Source: Octopus bimaculoides (taxonomy: Eukaryota). Taken from it: 64,000 nt of DNA. Location: contig NC_068994.1 of the NCBI RefSeq assembly GCF_001194135.2, positions 1,026,298 to 1,090,297 of the forward strand, read 5' to 3'. The notes beneath the pieces are model-generated. The model was not told the origin of the DNA and searched no databases. It saw only the letters and a program-made list of their open reading frames with translations. The position numbers were made by a program, and so were the translations under genes. Below, piece by piece: positions 37,150 to 51,826 of this stretch (position 1 is the stretch's first letter; every line of letters starts with the position of its first letter).

Positions 37150-38961
37150 GTCTTGGGATCAGATTGTAAAAGTCTAAGAAAATAACGCCATTTTATGCCA
37201 CCCACCGTCATTGGTTCTTGAAATAAAATTAAGATTTTATATTTTACAGAGCTGAGTATTCATCTTTATAGAGAGTACTTACACTGTTTATATATTTATC
37301 TTAAATTGGACCTTCAGTCATTATCAGACATGGAACCTCTTCGTCACTCAGTTGTGCCTCTATCCATTTGTTAATAAGACTGGGTCATTGGAATGGTTTA
37401 CTTCAATCATATTCCTCACAGCTAAACACTCTTCATTTCATCTAAGAAAGCCCTAGCTCTGCTCATTAATTAGTTCCTTCTCTGTTGGTTGAAGGTTTCT
37501 TACATTGAGGAACAAATGGTAGAGTCATGGCTGGAAAGCTTTTGATCATACCTTAGCTAAATCAGGGTTGAACTGAAAATATACAGCAACAACAAACTGC
37601 TACCACCCCAACCACACATTAACAGGGTCACCACCATCACACATGGCTGCTCCATAGCTCCCCCTCATGCCAACAAGGTGGCACACCAGATGACAAATCA
37701 ATGTTAGAAATAGCAGCCAATTTTCCCTTAAATCACACCCTACCTTCTTATATAAAGACAGTATAGTAGATAATGTGTGAATTCTACTTTTAGAAAAGTT
37801 TAGAAGCCTGGCCATGGCTGGAATGCCTATCATTGTAGATCTGCAGTAGCAACTATAACCATATAAACCAAGAAAAAAAACCCCACTTCTGAGACTTTCA
37901 ACCAGCAAGATATTCTTCAAATCATACTCTACCATTTACAAATGAATAATCGTTAACTGATTTAATCAACGATTCAATTTATCTTCATGAATAAAAGACA
38001 GGATGATCAGTTATTGGATACGTTTGATCAAACAACAACCAAATCAACAACCACAATGATTCTGTTAAAAAAACGTTTTAAATATTTTCAAACCATTTTT
38101 GAACTTAATTGAAACATGTAGGTGGTTTATAGCCATGAAAGGGTCATTATATGGCAGAAACTGGCTAGAATAAAGAGTCTGTGTACAGGACGGAACAGTT
38201 TACCAAAAGCCAGTAAAACTGAATTACATTTGCTGATATTCACTAAAGCCAATGTCACATTGTCTATTGAAGACAGGAGAGGAACCTGTCAAATTTGGCC
38301 AATTCTCTAGAATAATTGGACAGTGATCTCTCCTTACAGGCCTTCCTATACAATAACCATTGAAGCAAATGTAGGCATCTTAGCAATAGGTTCCACATCT
38401 CTCTGCGTTTCTCTTGCACAAATTGAAAGCACTCAAGGTACTTAACATTCTCTTTCTAATTGCTGAATCATCCTCAAAAAAAATAAATGACGATGATGAC
38501 GATGATGATGATGATGATAAAATAAATAACATAAAATCAAATACAAAAAAATGCAAGAAAAATAAAACCCTCACACCACACAGATGTATATTTACACACA
38601 CACACACACACGCACATGCATGCACACACACACACATACACTCTCTCTCTCAAAAAGTAAAAGGAAGCAAGAGAAATCAATACAATATGTATTTGTGTAA
38701 GTAGACATGTTTGAGAAAATAAAAAAAGAAAAAAGAAGAAATAAATGTGGCAATAATGAGTTTGTGAAGTAAATAGGCTTCTGGAATATTTTTGGTTACT
38801 TATCAGAAATTATTTCTTATTTTCCATGTAACCCATTTTCACAGGATGCCTTTTCAAGAAAAATCACGTTTTCTTCAAGTTTCTTATATGCACATATATA
38901 TATATGCAAATATATATATATATATATACATACATAGCTATAATGGTATGTATATACATAC

Positions 38962-39009
<48 letters not shown>

Positions 39010-39365
39010 NNNNNNNNNNNNNNNNNNNNNNNNNNNNNNNNNNNNNNNNNNNNNNNNNNNNNNNNNNNNNNNNNNNNNNNNNNNNNNNNNNNNNNNNNNN
39101 NNNNNNNNNNNNNNNNNNNNNNNNNNNNNNNNNNNNNNNNNNNNNNNNNNNNNNNNNNNNNNNNNNNNNNNNNNNNNNNNNNNNNNNNNNNNNNNNNNNN
39201 NNNNNNNNNNNNNNNNNNNNNNNNNNNNNNNNNNNNNNNNNAGACGTGCACACAAGTATTTGCAAAACTCTGAGTTGGAACGGAGAGTAATCTCTGCATT
39301 ACAATTAATATCTGTACTCTCCTTCTGTAGTGAGTGCTTATGCTTCTCTGTAACCTCTCCATAAA

Positions 39366-39407
<42 letters not shown>

Positions 39408-39543
39408 TATATATATATATATATAAATGTGTGTGTATGTGTGTGTAAATAAAAGTGTGGCTGTTTATGTGTATATATAGTTTCATATGTATGGATGTAT
39501 ATGAATAATATTTATACAAATTATATATGAATATGGGTTGGTG

Positions 39544-39587
<44 letters not shown>

Positions 39588-40074
39588 CACACTCTCTCTC
39601 TCTCTCTCACACATGCACATGCTCACACATACACACAAAACCATAATTATATATATCCGTACATATGAAAAAAAATTGTTTTATCTGTGACAGAATAATT
39701 ATTTCCTATTTCCTAACTCTAGTGTAGCTGTAATAATCAACTCTATCTGATTTGAATGTAAAAATATGACCCAAGGTTTCATTTAGTGAAATGGATATTA
39801 AAGACTGTCACACACACATACACACACATGCACACACATGCAGACTCACAGACACACACACACACATGAGTGCACACAGATGCATTCACACTAATCATAT
39901 CCATCGTTCCCACATGCAGACACATACACATGTATTATTACTCACATGCATAGAGTTTTCTTTTCACATTTTTCTAATTTCTCATTCCCTTTCATTACAG
40001 AGGTGTTCTTGTACACACACACACACACACACACACAGATAATACTTATGTAAATGTGTAATCTACACACACAG

Positions 40075-40113
<39 letters not shown>

Positions 40114-40338
40114 NNNNNNNNNNNNNNNNNNNNNNNNNNNNNNNACACACACACACACACACAGATAATACTTATGTAAATGTGTAATCTACACACACAG
40201 ACATATATATATATATATATAGGCATGTATGTATGTATGTGAGTAATATATATAATTATATACACATATGCACATTACATATGTGTGTATGTTTGAAATG
40301 AATTGTATATATAATTATATGTTTGAATACACACTCAT

Positions 40339-40377
<39 letters not shown>

Positions 40378-40456
40378 CTAAGACACTCACATTGAGAAAC
40401 ATATGATTTATATATATATGTTTGTGTGGATATATATATATATATATATATATGAA

Positions 40457-40496
<40 letters not shown>

Positions 40497-41081
40497 ATCA
40501 GTGAACTGCATATTATAGTTAGAATTACACACACTACTTTTATGAATATATTTATACATATGCACACACACACACACACACACATATGCCCACATGCTTG
40601 CATGGATATATACACATGGATATCTACATGCATACATAACTACATAGAAGCACATTGTTATTAAAGTCGGTGGTAATCAATATCCTCCCACTCACCATCC
40701 CCACCCCACCCATACCTACTAGGTGCTAATTAAAGACTGATGTTTGTGTGAACTGAATTACACTAACATTGTGCAAGTAAATGAAAGCTTGCAACAATTC
40801 CCATTCGCATACACACACACACACACACACACATACACACACACATACACACACACATACACACACACATACACACACACATACACACACACACATACAT
40901 ACATACAAATATGTATAAAAATATATATATATATATATATAAGCATGTGTGTATTTATATGTGTATTTATGTACGTATATATGTGTGTGTGTGTTTGTGT
41001 GTGTATAGAAGTGCATACGTACATACACATATATATACTTATGCATATATCTTTTATATTTATATATATTTATGAAATATT

Positions 41082-41153
<72 letters not shown>

Positions 41154-41840
41154 TATATATACACACTCACATACATGTATATGTCTAAGATTTGGATTTA
41201 TGTATGCATGCATACACATATGCTCATAGACATATGTAAGTAGAATGATATTTAGTTATGTAGATGATGATGATGATGAAGAGGAGGAGGATGAAGATGT
41301 TGAAATCCATAGATGTATATTCATATCTTGTTGTGTGTGTGTGTGTATATATNNNNNNNNNNNNNNNNNNNNNNNNNNNNNNNNNNNNNNNNNNNNNNNN
41401 NNNNNNNNNNNNNNNNNNNNNNNNNNNNNNNNNNNNNNNNNNNNNNNNNNNNNNNNNNNNNNNNNNNNNNNNNNNNNNNNNNNNNNNNNNNNNNNNNNNN
41501 NNNNNNNNNNNNNNNNNNNNNNNNNNNNNNNNNNNNNNNNNNNNNNNNNNNNNNNNNNNNNNNNNNNNNNNNNNNNNNNNNNNNNNNNNNNNNNNNNNNN
41601 NNNNNNNNNNNNNNNNNNNNNNNNNNNNNNNNNNNNNNNNNNNNNNNNNNNNNNNNNNNNNNNNNNNNNNNNNNNNNNNNNNNNNNNNNNNNNNNNNNNN
41701 NNNNNNNNNNNNNNNNNNNNNNNNNNNNNNNNNNNNNNNNNNNNNNNNNNNNNNNNNNNNNNNNNNNNNNNNNNNNNNNNNNNNNNNNNNNNNNNNNNNN
41801 NNNNNNNNNNNNNNNNNTATATATATATATATATATATAT

Positions 41841-41997
41841 GATGGGCTTCTTTCAGTTTCCATCTACCAAATCCGCTCACAAGGCTTCGGTTGGCCTGAG
41901 GCTATAGTAGTAGACACTTGCCAAGGTGCCATGCAGTGGGACTGAACCTGGAACCATGTGGTTGGAAAGCAAGCTTCTTACCACATAGCCATGCCTG
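41841..41997 (-). mobile_element. SINE family A, 5' half
   Basis: Reverse complement of 58301-58464. Confidence 0.85.
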
Positions 41998-42011
41998 TAT
42001 AGTGTGTCTTT

Positions 42012-42310
42012 TACTTGTTTCAGTCATTGGACTGTGGCCATGCTGGGGCATTGCCTTGAAGGGTTTTTTCAAACAAATGAAACCCAGTATTATTTTTTTA
42101 AAGTTGGATACTTATTCTGTTAATTGCTTTTGCTGAAATGCTAAGTTATGGGGACACAAACAAACCAGCATTGGCAGTCAAATGGTGGTGGTGGGGGATA
42201 AACATAGACACAATGACACATGCTCATGCATCCACACACATACAGTGGGCCTTCACAAAGTTCCTGTTTGCTAAATTCACACAAAATGCATTGGTTGGTC
42301 CAGGGTTAGA
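42012..42310 (-). mobile_element. SINE family A, older copy (3' part)
   Basis: Reverse complement of 16110-16403. Confidence 0.7.
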
Positions 42311-42554
42311 GACACAGTAACCTGGGGTAGTCTTCTACCTGGATGACTCATGTTGACCGTCCTACCCATGTATGCATGGAAGACGGATGTTAAATGGTGA
42401 TGGTAATGATGATGATGATGATGACATAGATGTGTGAAATTGAAAATGCATTTTCAGACTTACACACATATATATTGCTAACTTCTATCTGAGTTTAAAT
42501 ATTAGAAATATCAATGTATATATATATCATTTTGTCTATATATACTCTTTTCTT

Positions 42555-42762
42555 CTCTAAGCAGAAGGCCTAAAATTTTTGGGGAGGAGGGGGTGCTAGT
42601 CGATTGGATTGACCCAGTATACAACTGGTACTTAATTTATCGACCCCCAAACGGTGAAAGGCAAAGTCGACCTCGGCAGAATTTGAACTCAGAACGTAAA
42701 GACAGACGAAATACCGCTGAGCATTTTACCTGGCATGCTAACGTTTCTGCCAGCTGACCACC
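42555..42762 (-). mobile_element. SINE family B, alternative tail
   Basis: Same head and body as 18084-18315; different 3' end. Confidence 0.8.
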
Positions 42763-43165
42763 ATATTTTATCTCTCTATATGTTGAAATAAGTGTTGGCA
42801 TGTGCTTGTGTGTGCATATATATATATATATANNNNNNNNNNNNNNNNNNNNNNNNNNNNNNNNNNNNNNNNNNNNNNNNNNNNNNNNNNNNNNNNNNNN
42901 NNNNNNNNNNNNNNNNNNNNNNNNNNNNNNNNNNNNNNNNNNNNNNNNNNNNNNNNNNNGCAATAGAGGGCATTAAAACATTAGGACAGATGGACGATGC
43001 AAAGGTGGACAAGCGAAGCAACAATTAGAAGGACAGGGAAAAGAAAAGACGGGTCCTTCTTGGCCTTCTTCCATCAGTCAAATAGCAGAAGTGATGACCG
43101 TTTTGAGCAGTTACGCTTGAGATGGTTTGATCTGGTTGTCTAGTATGTGTGTACGTGAATGCGTA

Positions 43166-43200
<35 letters not shown>

Positions 43201-43539
43201 GTCGTGTAGGTTTGGTGAAGTGGTTAAAGAAATTCGATTCCCAGTCCTAAGTGGGGCCAGTGGAGTTTCACAGAACTTCAGTACAATGCATGTTGTGTGA
43301 CTAAAATAAGTGGAATTGGGGAAATGAAAACTGCATGGAAGCCTTTCAAAAGGACTTTGTTGGTTACTCACAAGGCCAGCTTTGTCCACACACAGTCATG
43401 TTAATTCTGCATGGGAATTATTATATCATGATTACAAGTACCTATGGAGCACTCAGCCACTTAGACTATATTTGAATGTAAAGATATTTAAGTGTGGAAG
43501 TTTATGTGTGAGTGGGTTACGAGCTAGGTGGATACGTCA

Positions 43540-43745
43540 CAAGTGCCAGTGCCACAAGAACAGCACTGAGTAGACTCTGTAATGTGGTTGGTGTTAGGAC
43601 GGAAAGGACAGCCATAGAAAGCATGCCACATGTGAGTCATTGAAGAGCAACATGGTCCTCTGGTCCACTGGATTCAGATAAGATGGCCAACCCAAGCCAG
43701 CATGGAATGCAGGCGTTAAATGATGATGATAATGATGATGATGAT
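43540..43745 (+). mobile_element. RTE-type 3' tail copy
   Basis: Same motifs as 52215-52421; (GAT)n tail. Confidence 0.65.
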
Positions 43746-44329
43746 TATGAAGATGATATACATATATGTACAGAGAGGGGGAGAGAGAGAGGGGAGAGAC
43801 AGTATGAAGAGGGAGAGGGGGGAAGAGGAGCTCACTGATATGTGTGTGTGTGTGTGTATAAATATTTCTGACCCATGCAAGCATAGAAAAGTAGATATTA
43901 CTATGAGAGACATTGATAATGATGATGATGATTATGAAGATGATATACATATATGTACAGAGAGGGGGAGAGAGAGAGGGGAGAGACAGTATGAAGAGGG
44001 AGAGGGGGGAAGAGGAGCTCACTGATATGTGTGTGTGTGTGTGTATANNNNNNNNNNNNNNNNNNNNNNNNNNNNNNNNNNNNNNNNNNNNNNNNNNNNN
44101 NNNNNNNNNNNNNNNNNNNNNNNNNNNNNNNNNNNNNNNNNNNNNNNNNNNNNNNNNNNNNNNNNNNNNNNNNNNNNNNNNNNNNNNNNNNNNNNNNNNN
44201 NNNNNNNNNNNNNNNNNNNNNNNNNNNNNNNNNNNNNNNNNNNNNNNNNNNNNNNNNNNNNNNNNNNNNNNNNNNNNNNNNNNNNNNNNTATATATACAC
44301 ACACACATGTATGGATATGTATATATATC

Positions 44330-44360
<31 letters not shown>

Positions 44361-44518
44361 ATACATATATATGCATGTATGGATATATATCTATACACAC
44401 ATATATATACAAAATGTGATGTTATTCCACCATGACTAGATATCTTTAATCTCTGATGAGACATCTTTCTCCTATGCGTATGTAAATGAACGTATGTGTT
44501 TGTGTGTGTGTGTGTGTT

Positions 44519-44551
<33 letters not shown>

Positions 44552-44700
44552 CTGATGACTTATTCTAGTCTTGAACTTAGAAATTTCACATTTTGACATA
44601 AAAATTAAAAATTACTAAAAGTTGAGAAATTTATTATTTTGAAAATCCTTTATTTTTTCAACCAGAAATGATGCATACAGCTTTCTCTCACACAAATATA

Positions 44701-44736
<36 letters not shown>

Positions 44737-45120
44737 GCTAACACAAAAAGATACACATGCAAATACACACAGGCTAATGCAGACACACACACACACATGC
44801 ACACATGTTTACATTTCCATGTAACGATATACCTGACTGATTCTGTTTTGTCCCTTCAATGGACACCAAACACTAACTTACTCAGCTGACCATACAATCA
44901 TCTTTAAAATGGTGTTATGACAGACACACCCACTCATAGACACAGCTACACACACACACACATACACACACATGCATGCACTTGTATATATACACACACA
45001 CACAAACATACACACACATATGCATACACAATCCTATGAAAAAACAGGTGAACACTTAGGCACAGATCTTCCCAACCATACATATGTGTGTGTGTGTGCA
45101 TGCATATGTGTATATATATT

Positions 45121-45342
45121 TATTTCTTTATTGCCCACAAGGGGCTAAACATAGAGGGGACAAACAAGGACAGAGAAAGGGATTAAGTCGATTAGATCAA
45201 CCCCAGTGCATAACCGGTACCTAATTTAATTGACCCCGAAAGGATGAAAGGCAAAGTCGACCTTGGTGGAATTTGAACTCATAACGTAGTGGCAGACGAA
45301 GTACCACTAAGCATTTCACCTGGCATGCTAACGGTTCTGCCA
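45121..45342 (-). mobile_element. SINE family B, full length
   Basis: Closely similar to 18084-18315, including the tail. Confidence 0.85.
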
Positions 45343-46272
45343 TACACATGCAAACATACATACATACATGCATATGCATACACACATGCACTCACAAACA
45401 CATGCATTCACATACACAGACACACACACATAGATGTATAGATAGATAGATCGATAGATATANNNNNNNNNNNNNNNNNNNNNNNNNNNNNNNNNNNNNN
45501 NNNNNNNNNNNNNNNNNNNNNNNNNNNNNNNNNNNNNNNNNNNNNNNNNNNNNNNNNNNNNNNNNNNNNNNNNNNNNNNNNNNNNNNNNNNNNNNNNNNN
45601 NNNNNNNNNNNNNNNNNNNNNNNNNNNNNNNNNNNNNNNNNNNNNNNNNNNNNNNNNNNNNNNNNNNNNNNNNNNNNNNNNNNNNNNNNNNNNNNNNNNN
45701 NNNNNNNNNNNNNNNNNNNNNNNNNNNNNNNNNNNNNNNNNNNNNNNNNNNNNNNNNNNNNNNNNNNNNNNNNNNNNNNNNNNNNNNNNNNNNNNNNNNN
45801 NNNNNNNNNNNNNNNNNNNNNNNNNNNNNNNNNNNNNNNNNNNNNNNNNNNNNNNNNNNNNNNNNNNNNNNNNNNNNNNNNNNNNNNNNNNNNNNNNNNN
45901 NNNNNNNNNNNNNNNNNNNNNNNNNNNNNNNNNNNNNNNNNNNNNNNNNNNNNNNNNNNNNNNNNNNNNNNNNNNNNNNNNNNNNNNNNNNNNNNNNNNN
46001 NNNNNNNNNNNNNNNNNNNNNNNNNNNNNNNNNNNNNNNNNNNNNNNNNNNNNNNNNNNNNNNNNNNNNNNNNNNNNNNNNNNNNNNNNNNNNNNNNNNN
46101 NNNNNNNNNNNNNNNNNNNNNNNNNNNNNNNNNNNNNNNNNNNNNNNNNNNNNNNNNNNNNNNNNNNNNNNNNNNNNNNNTATATATATATATATACACA
46201 CACACACTTATAGCAAGTTCATGTGGGCTGACATTCTGACAGACATATACATATATTTACATACTTTCTGGT

Positions 46273-46314
<42 letters not shown>

Positions 46315-46342
46315 ACACATAAACACACATACATATATGTAT

Positions 46343-46374
<32 letters not shown>

Positions 46375-47011
46375 ACACATATGTATGTTATATATGTATA
46401 AACATATATAAAAATATACAAAATACACACCCACATAACATACTTTCATATACTATGAAATGAATATATTCTTTTACAGATGACAGTCATACTTACATGC
46501 ACAGACACCCACACCCACATACACACATACACACACACAGACTCAGACCCCACCCTATCTATATATATATGTCTATATATATATATATGTCTATATATAT
46601 ATATATATATATATATGGATGCTCAATCATACTTTCTCATTTTCATGTGAACTTATACATACTTATAAAATATAAACTATAGAAGTACATACAATTATTC
46701 TGTCACATCTATATACACACATATACTTGTGAGTATAAATATATATATNNNNNNNNNNNNNNNNNNNNNNNNNNNNNNNNNNNNNNNNNNNNNNNNNNNN
46801 NNNNNNNNNNNNNNNNNNNNNNNNNNNNNNNNNNNNNNNNNNNNNNNNNNNNNNNNNNNNNNNNNNNNNNNNNNNNNNTATATATATATATATTGTATGT
46901 ATGTGTATGTGAGTGTGTTACTATATAATATTGAAAATAATATCCCCCTGCTTTGTACTTGAAAAAAAATTTTTGGGGGCCCTCCCAAGAAATATGAGGT
47001 TAGTGTCTTAC

Positions 47012-47300
47012 CTTCATTGTTCACTTGTGTTATTGTTTGCTGTGATTGGAGCTGTTTATCCAACCACTCTCTTCTTCTATCCACTATAACTGCTGCTGTC
47101 GTGTGACACTGGCTTTATGTCGATGGACTCGGGAAACAGTCAGTGGGTGCCTGCTGCTGCACCAATTCTACTTCTTCGCTATCAGTCTATTTCTATGTGT
47201 TTGTGTGTTTGCTTGTCACTATATCACTGTACGCACATGTGTATTTGTGTGCCGGTGTGTGTGTGTGTGTGTGTGTACAAGTGGTGTGTGTTCCGTCTTA
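47012..47300 (-). other. Candidate first (non-coding) exon of the Pcdh; 5' boundary approximate
   Basis: Largely non-repetitive, CpG-bearing stretch ending in GAAG|GTAAGA at 47012/47011. No ATG-initiated frame reaching the donor. Confidence 0.4.
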
Positions 47301-47334
47301 TTTCTAGTTGATGGGGTTCAAATAGAGAGGGCAT

Positions 47335-47640
47335 TAGAAGCCATATTTTCTTCTGTTTCAGCCAATCTTCAAAAGACACTTGAATAGAACAGTGATCAAA
47401 ATTAATATGCATAATTCTGCTTTTCAGGAGAAAACGTGTTAATCAATAAAAGCTTAGCTGACACAGAAAAGTCCGGAATATTGCTTTGCTTATTAAATTA
47501 CTTCTTGTTAGCACCTATTTGAAAACAGAATGGAGGTCCTAAGATTTCCCAAACTGTTGCCTGAGGTAAAATTCAGAACAGAAGCTTTGACTTTTCACCT
47601 AGCAACTGAAACTCTCTTTAATGGATGCCGGTTGCTATGG
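47335..47640 (-). promoter_or_regulatory. Candidate promoter: YY1-like, CCAAT and RFX half-site motifs
   Basis: GCCATATT 47340-47347, AGCCAATC 47360-47367, CCTAGCAAC 47598-47606, GTTGCTATGG 47631-47640, all directly upstream of the candidate first exon. Motif matches only. Confidence 0.3.
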
Positions 47641-48059
47641 TGAGGCCAACTTATTTGAACTTTTCAAATATAAAGAAAACTCTTTTACAATGCAAGGCTT
47701 AAAACTGGAACTGATATCTTGGGGAAAAAAAAGGAATTTTCAATGATTTAAATTCTGATTTTTCATCTTAAAATTATTTTTACATTTGTGAAAATTAATA
47801 GTTTCCTAATTAATTTTGGTGTATTAATTGCTGTCAGACACTCGTCTTTAAATGTTACATATTGTCTGGTGGATATCTCACAGTAATATCAGGTTAATTA
47901 TCAAATAGAAATTATACAGAAGGGACAAAGAAACTGTCGTGTTCATGAAATCCACTGACAATCATATAATCATGGACTTTAGGAAGATACTGTTACAATA
48001 TGCTAGCATTCCTTTAGGATATAATGATGATGATGATCTTGATGATGATAGTAGTAATG

Positions 48060-48510
48060 ATATGGTTCTCATGGCTTCTGATCTTAACTGATTGGAAGTG
48101 TTATCATGAACATTGTTTTATCTTGGTATAAAAGATGGCCTACAGTAAATACTCTGCTCAATACCACAGATTTGCTTGTCAGTTGGGGAGCATCATTGCC
48201 ATGTGTTGAGAGGAATTGTTTTGGGTTTGAATAATTCATCTCTGGAAACATGGAAGTTTTTGTTTATCATCCATAAATGGACAACTGGATCTGAAGAAAA
48301 TTCTAACTGGGCCCCACCTGCAAGGTCATGGACTGTTTATCTTGATATGAGATCACCATGTCACCCACACATATGGTTGTGATGCATGTGCCTGGTGTAC
48401 CCTTATCAGGCAGGTAGTCATGATGGGTATACTGAGCTTTGTATATTTGTACCCCAGTGCCACTTTGATGGCATGTGTTGCTCTCTCAGTCATTAATAAT
48501 AATGATAATA
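48060..48510 (+). mobile_element. Interspersed repeat ending in (TAA)n, copy 2 with internal deletion
   Basis: Aligns to 22025-22555 apart from a 76-bp deletion. Confidence 0.75.
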
Positions 48511-48514
48511 ACAA

Positions 48515-48957
48515 TATTTTCTAATGCAGACCCAAGGCCAACAGTTTTGTGGGGAGGGGTATTCGACTGGTACTTTACTTTATTGTACTTGATTCATGTT
48601 ATCAACCTTGGAAGGATGAAAGACAAAGTTGACCTTGACAGGATTTGAACTCAGAATGTAAAGAATGAGAAGAAACAGCACCAGGCATTTTATCCATTGC
48701 TCAACCGATTCTGACAACTCATAACTTTGTTTCCTAGAAACAATTTCTAATATAATAATAATTTCTAAGATAGGCACAGGGTGGTGGGAAGGAAAAGTCA
48801 ATTATATTGACCAACACTTGATGCGTATTTTATTGACCCCAAAATGATGGAGGGCAAATCCGACTTCACTGGGATTTGAACTCAGAATGTAAAAACTAAT
48901 GAAATGCTGCTTAGCATTTTGCCTGGCGTGCTCACGATTGTGCTAACTGACCACCTT
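48515..48957 (-). mobile_element. Two adjacent decayed SINE family B copies (48515-48720 and 48750-48957)
   Basis: Each has ggatttgaactcagaatg and a family-B body. A further tRNA-like head lies at about 48995-49062 (-). Confidence 0.7.
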
Positions 48958-50431
48958 TCACTGCTTTAATAGTAATAAAGCTCATGGAATACAGATCTAG
49001 TGCAGGAATTGAAACCATGATCTTGCAATTGTGAGTACAATGCCCAAACCACTAAGCCATGCACACACACACACACACGGTATACTGTAGGTGGCTGTAA
49101 AATAGTTATATATTAAAAGTTAAATTAATGTACAAATGCAGACATTTGTAAAGAAGAACATTTGAGAGCAGCTTCAGGAGCAGAGCAGCAGAGAATAGAA
49201 TGTGACAATAGACAAGAATATGAAAGTTGTTTGTGAAAGGAAGCTCTCTATTCTCGATATATTTTCATATATAATCAAACTAAGAGTGACAAAAGAAATG
49301 CTTCATGTGAAGGTGAAAATATCATTGAATCTCTGGCTAGACAGACTATAATATTGGATTAAAAGAATATGAAATAACACCAATTACATGTTTTGCCTTC
49401 AGCTATCATATCAGACCAATACCTGATTCCATTGGGATGTTATGAATATATTACAATTCAGTAAAGCAGTGTCTACTGCTGAACTCAAAGATGCTGCATG
49501 AATATCTTTATTTCAAATTTACAGATTTGAAATAATAATGAAATGATACCCAAGAAAACCTGTTCTTTCATATGTATCATACACCGAACTCATAGTCATA
49601 ACTATTGACTTACAGACCTCCCTTTCACTCCCCCCGACCTCCCTATACACCTATGTGCTTACCTACTTAACTGCCTTTCTACCCACCTATCTTCATACCA
49701 ACCAACCTATCTACCTACCGACCGACATACATACATACATTCATACATTCATAAAACATACATAAATTATTTTATGGCAAAACAACTTTGACAAAAAGCA
49801 TCTTTCTTTGCAAACAAATAAAAATGGCCATCACAGATAGCAATTCAATTTTTATTCCAACTCTCATGATGCTAATCAATCTTCTCCAAACACTGATAGC
49901 CAGCCAAAATATGCCATAAGAGAGACCGATAATGATGTAAAAAAACCATTGTTGCCATCATTGAACACTCATATATCTCCATATCTAACTCATTCAATAG
50001 AGATGACTGTCGAATATATTCAACTTAAGAACATTTTGAAACCACAGTTCATAAAATTTTTTATCAATTTTCTCTGCCATCAATGAGTGAGAGGGCATTT
50101 TTAACATGATAAAAGAAAACACCCAACTGCCCTCATGCTAAAAGTTATCAATGATGTTGCTAAAGTGCACATGGAATCATGTGACATCAATTACTCAACA
50201 ATTAATACTTTCCGATAAACGGCCGTTATTGCACAGAGATGTTAAAAACCAGGCAATGCCTGTACTTGAAGCTTTTTTAAATGAGGAAAGATTTTACCCA
50301 GGATCAATTCCACTCATTACACAACATATGCATTTGTTTACAAAGATTATATATTAACATTATATCTTGAATTTTTCCTGGATACATCGATGGTGAATCC
50401 ATCAAGGCTTTACACTTGAAATGTTGCAGTT

Positions 50432-50860
50432 TAATCTGTTATTTGTGTAAACAAAGGAATAAGGTTTCTTTCTCTAATGTTCAAAATGTTCAGTGTTGAA
50501 GCTATGAGCTTTTATTTTTCTGTAATACAGAGTTTGCATTTGCTGTGTCGCACCTTATATTTCGTAACTTTAATTATGATGCTCCAGTTTATATTTGGAT
50601 CATTAACACTCCTCTATTTAAGGTTCCATACCATATTAGACAAAGAAGTTGCATGTCTTTAATTCTTACCTCTTAACAAAGCCAAGTGTTGCATGTATCT
50701 TCCTTTGCAAGTCTTTCCAGTAATTCCAATGTCAGTTTTTATAGTTCCATCCATGTCAGAGATATTGACCAAGTAAACCGTTTTCCCTCTAGGCACATAT
50801 CGTTCAGTTATCAGGGAATCCACACTTACAAGATCTACATAGAAGTGTTCCTCATGCTAT
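50432..50860 (-). mobile_element. Penelope-like element GIY-YIG endonuclease remnant
   Basis: GKTVYLVNISDMDGTIKTDIGITGKTCKGRYMQH..HATSLSNMVWNLK*..INWSII..KCKLCITEK*..ILNIRE. One frame with three internal stops. Confidence 0.8.
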
Positions 50861-51454
50861 TGATTCAAGCTCCTACTTATTTTATTATTTTGTAAGTGGC
50901 TGAATATTCCATAGACACATGCACCCTTAATGTAATTTTCAGCCAGACTAAATCATGAATTGTATGTGACAAGGTTGGTCCCTTGAATTACCGATTCAGT
51001 CCATCGGTTGAGCTTCCCAACAGCTTCTCTCCCCAATTCTAATTTTCAGACCTGAGTCGACTAAGAGCAATATTAAAAGATTCTTCTCCAAAGTTTTCTT
51101 CAATGTGATTCCACAAAAGCAAAACACAGAAACAGTCGAGATGGATATGTAAGTCAATTTATGATATTGGATAATGAAAATAACAATATGGTGTTTATAG
51201 GCTGAGATAGTGATTAATAAAAAGTGGACATTGGTCTGTGGTTAGGAGGGAAATATTGGCCTATGGTAAGAGAGCTTTCGAATGAAGAAGTTTAATCAAA
51301 TTAAATTTATGATGTGTCACTTGTATTTCATGTGACAGAATAAAACAGATACGTTAATAATCACTACATGGAGTTCAGCATTGATATTCGTTAAATGTGT
51401 TTTTCACTCTGTTTGTGTAAGTCTATGCGGGTGTGTGGGTATTTATGGCCATAG

Positions 51455-51490
<36 letters not shown>

Positions 51491-51703
51491 GCAAACATAC
51501 ACAAGCATACATTTATATGAATATATCTGTTTATACAAGGATTTATCTGGATATCAGTCGTACACGTGTTTCAATGAGTTACAGTTGTTTGTGCCTTGAA
51601 GCATTATGATATGCCTCTTCATTGGAATTTATGTTATACATGTGTGTATGTATATGAGAGTGTGTGTGTGTATGTGTATACATGTATATATGTGTGTGTG
51701 TGT

Positions 51704-51775
<72 letters not shown>

Positions 51776-51783
51776 CATGCATA

Positions 51784-51826
<43 letters not shown>

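Noticed and set aside
40030-40220. Duplicated ~70-bp segment on both sides of a short gap
   Set aside because: Typical contig-overlap artefact.
43735-44046. 187-bp tandem duplication
   Set aside because: Near-identical and abuts a gap; a real tandem repeat cannot be distinguished from misassembly.
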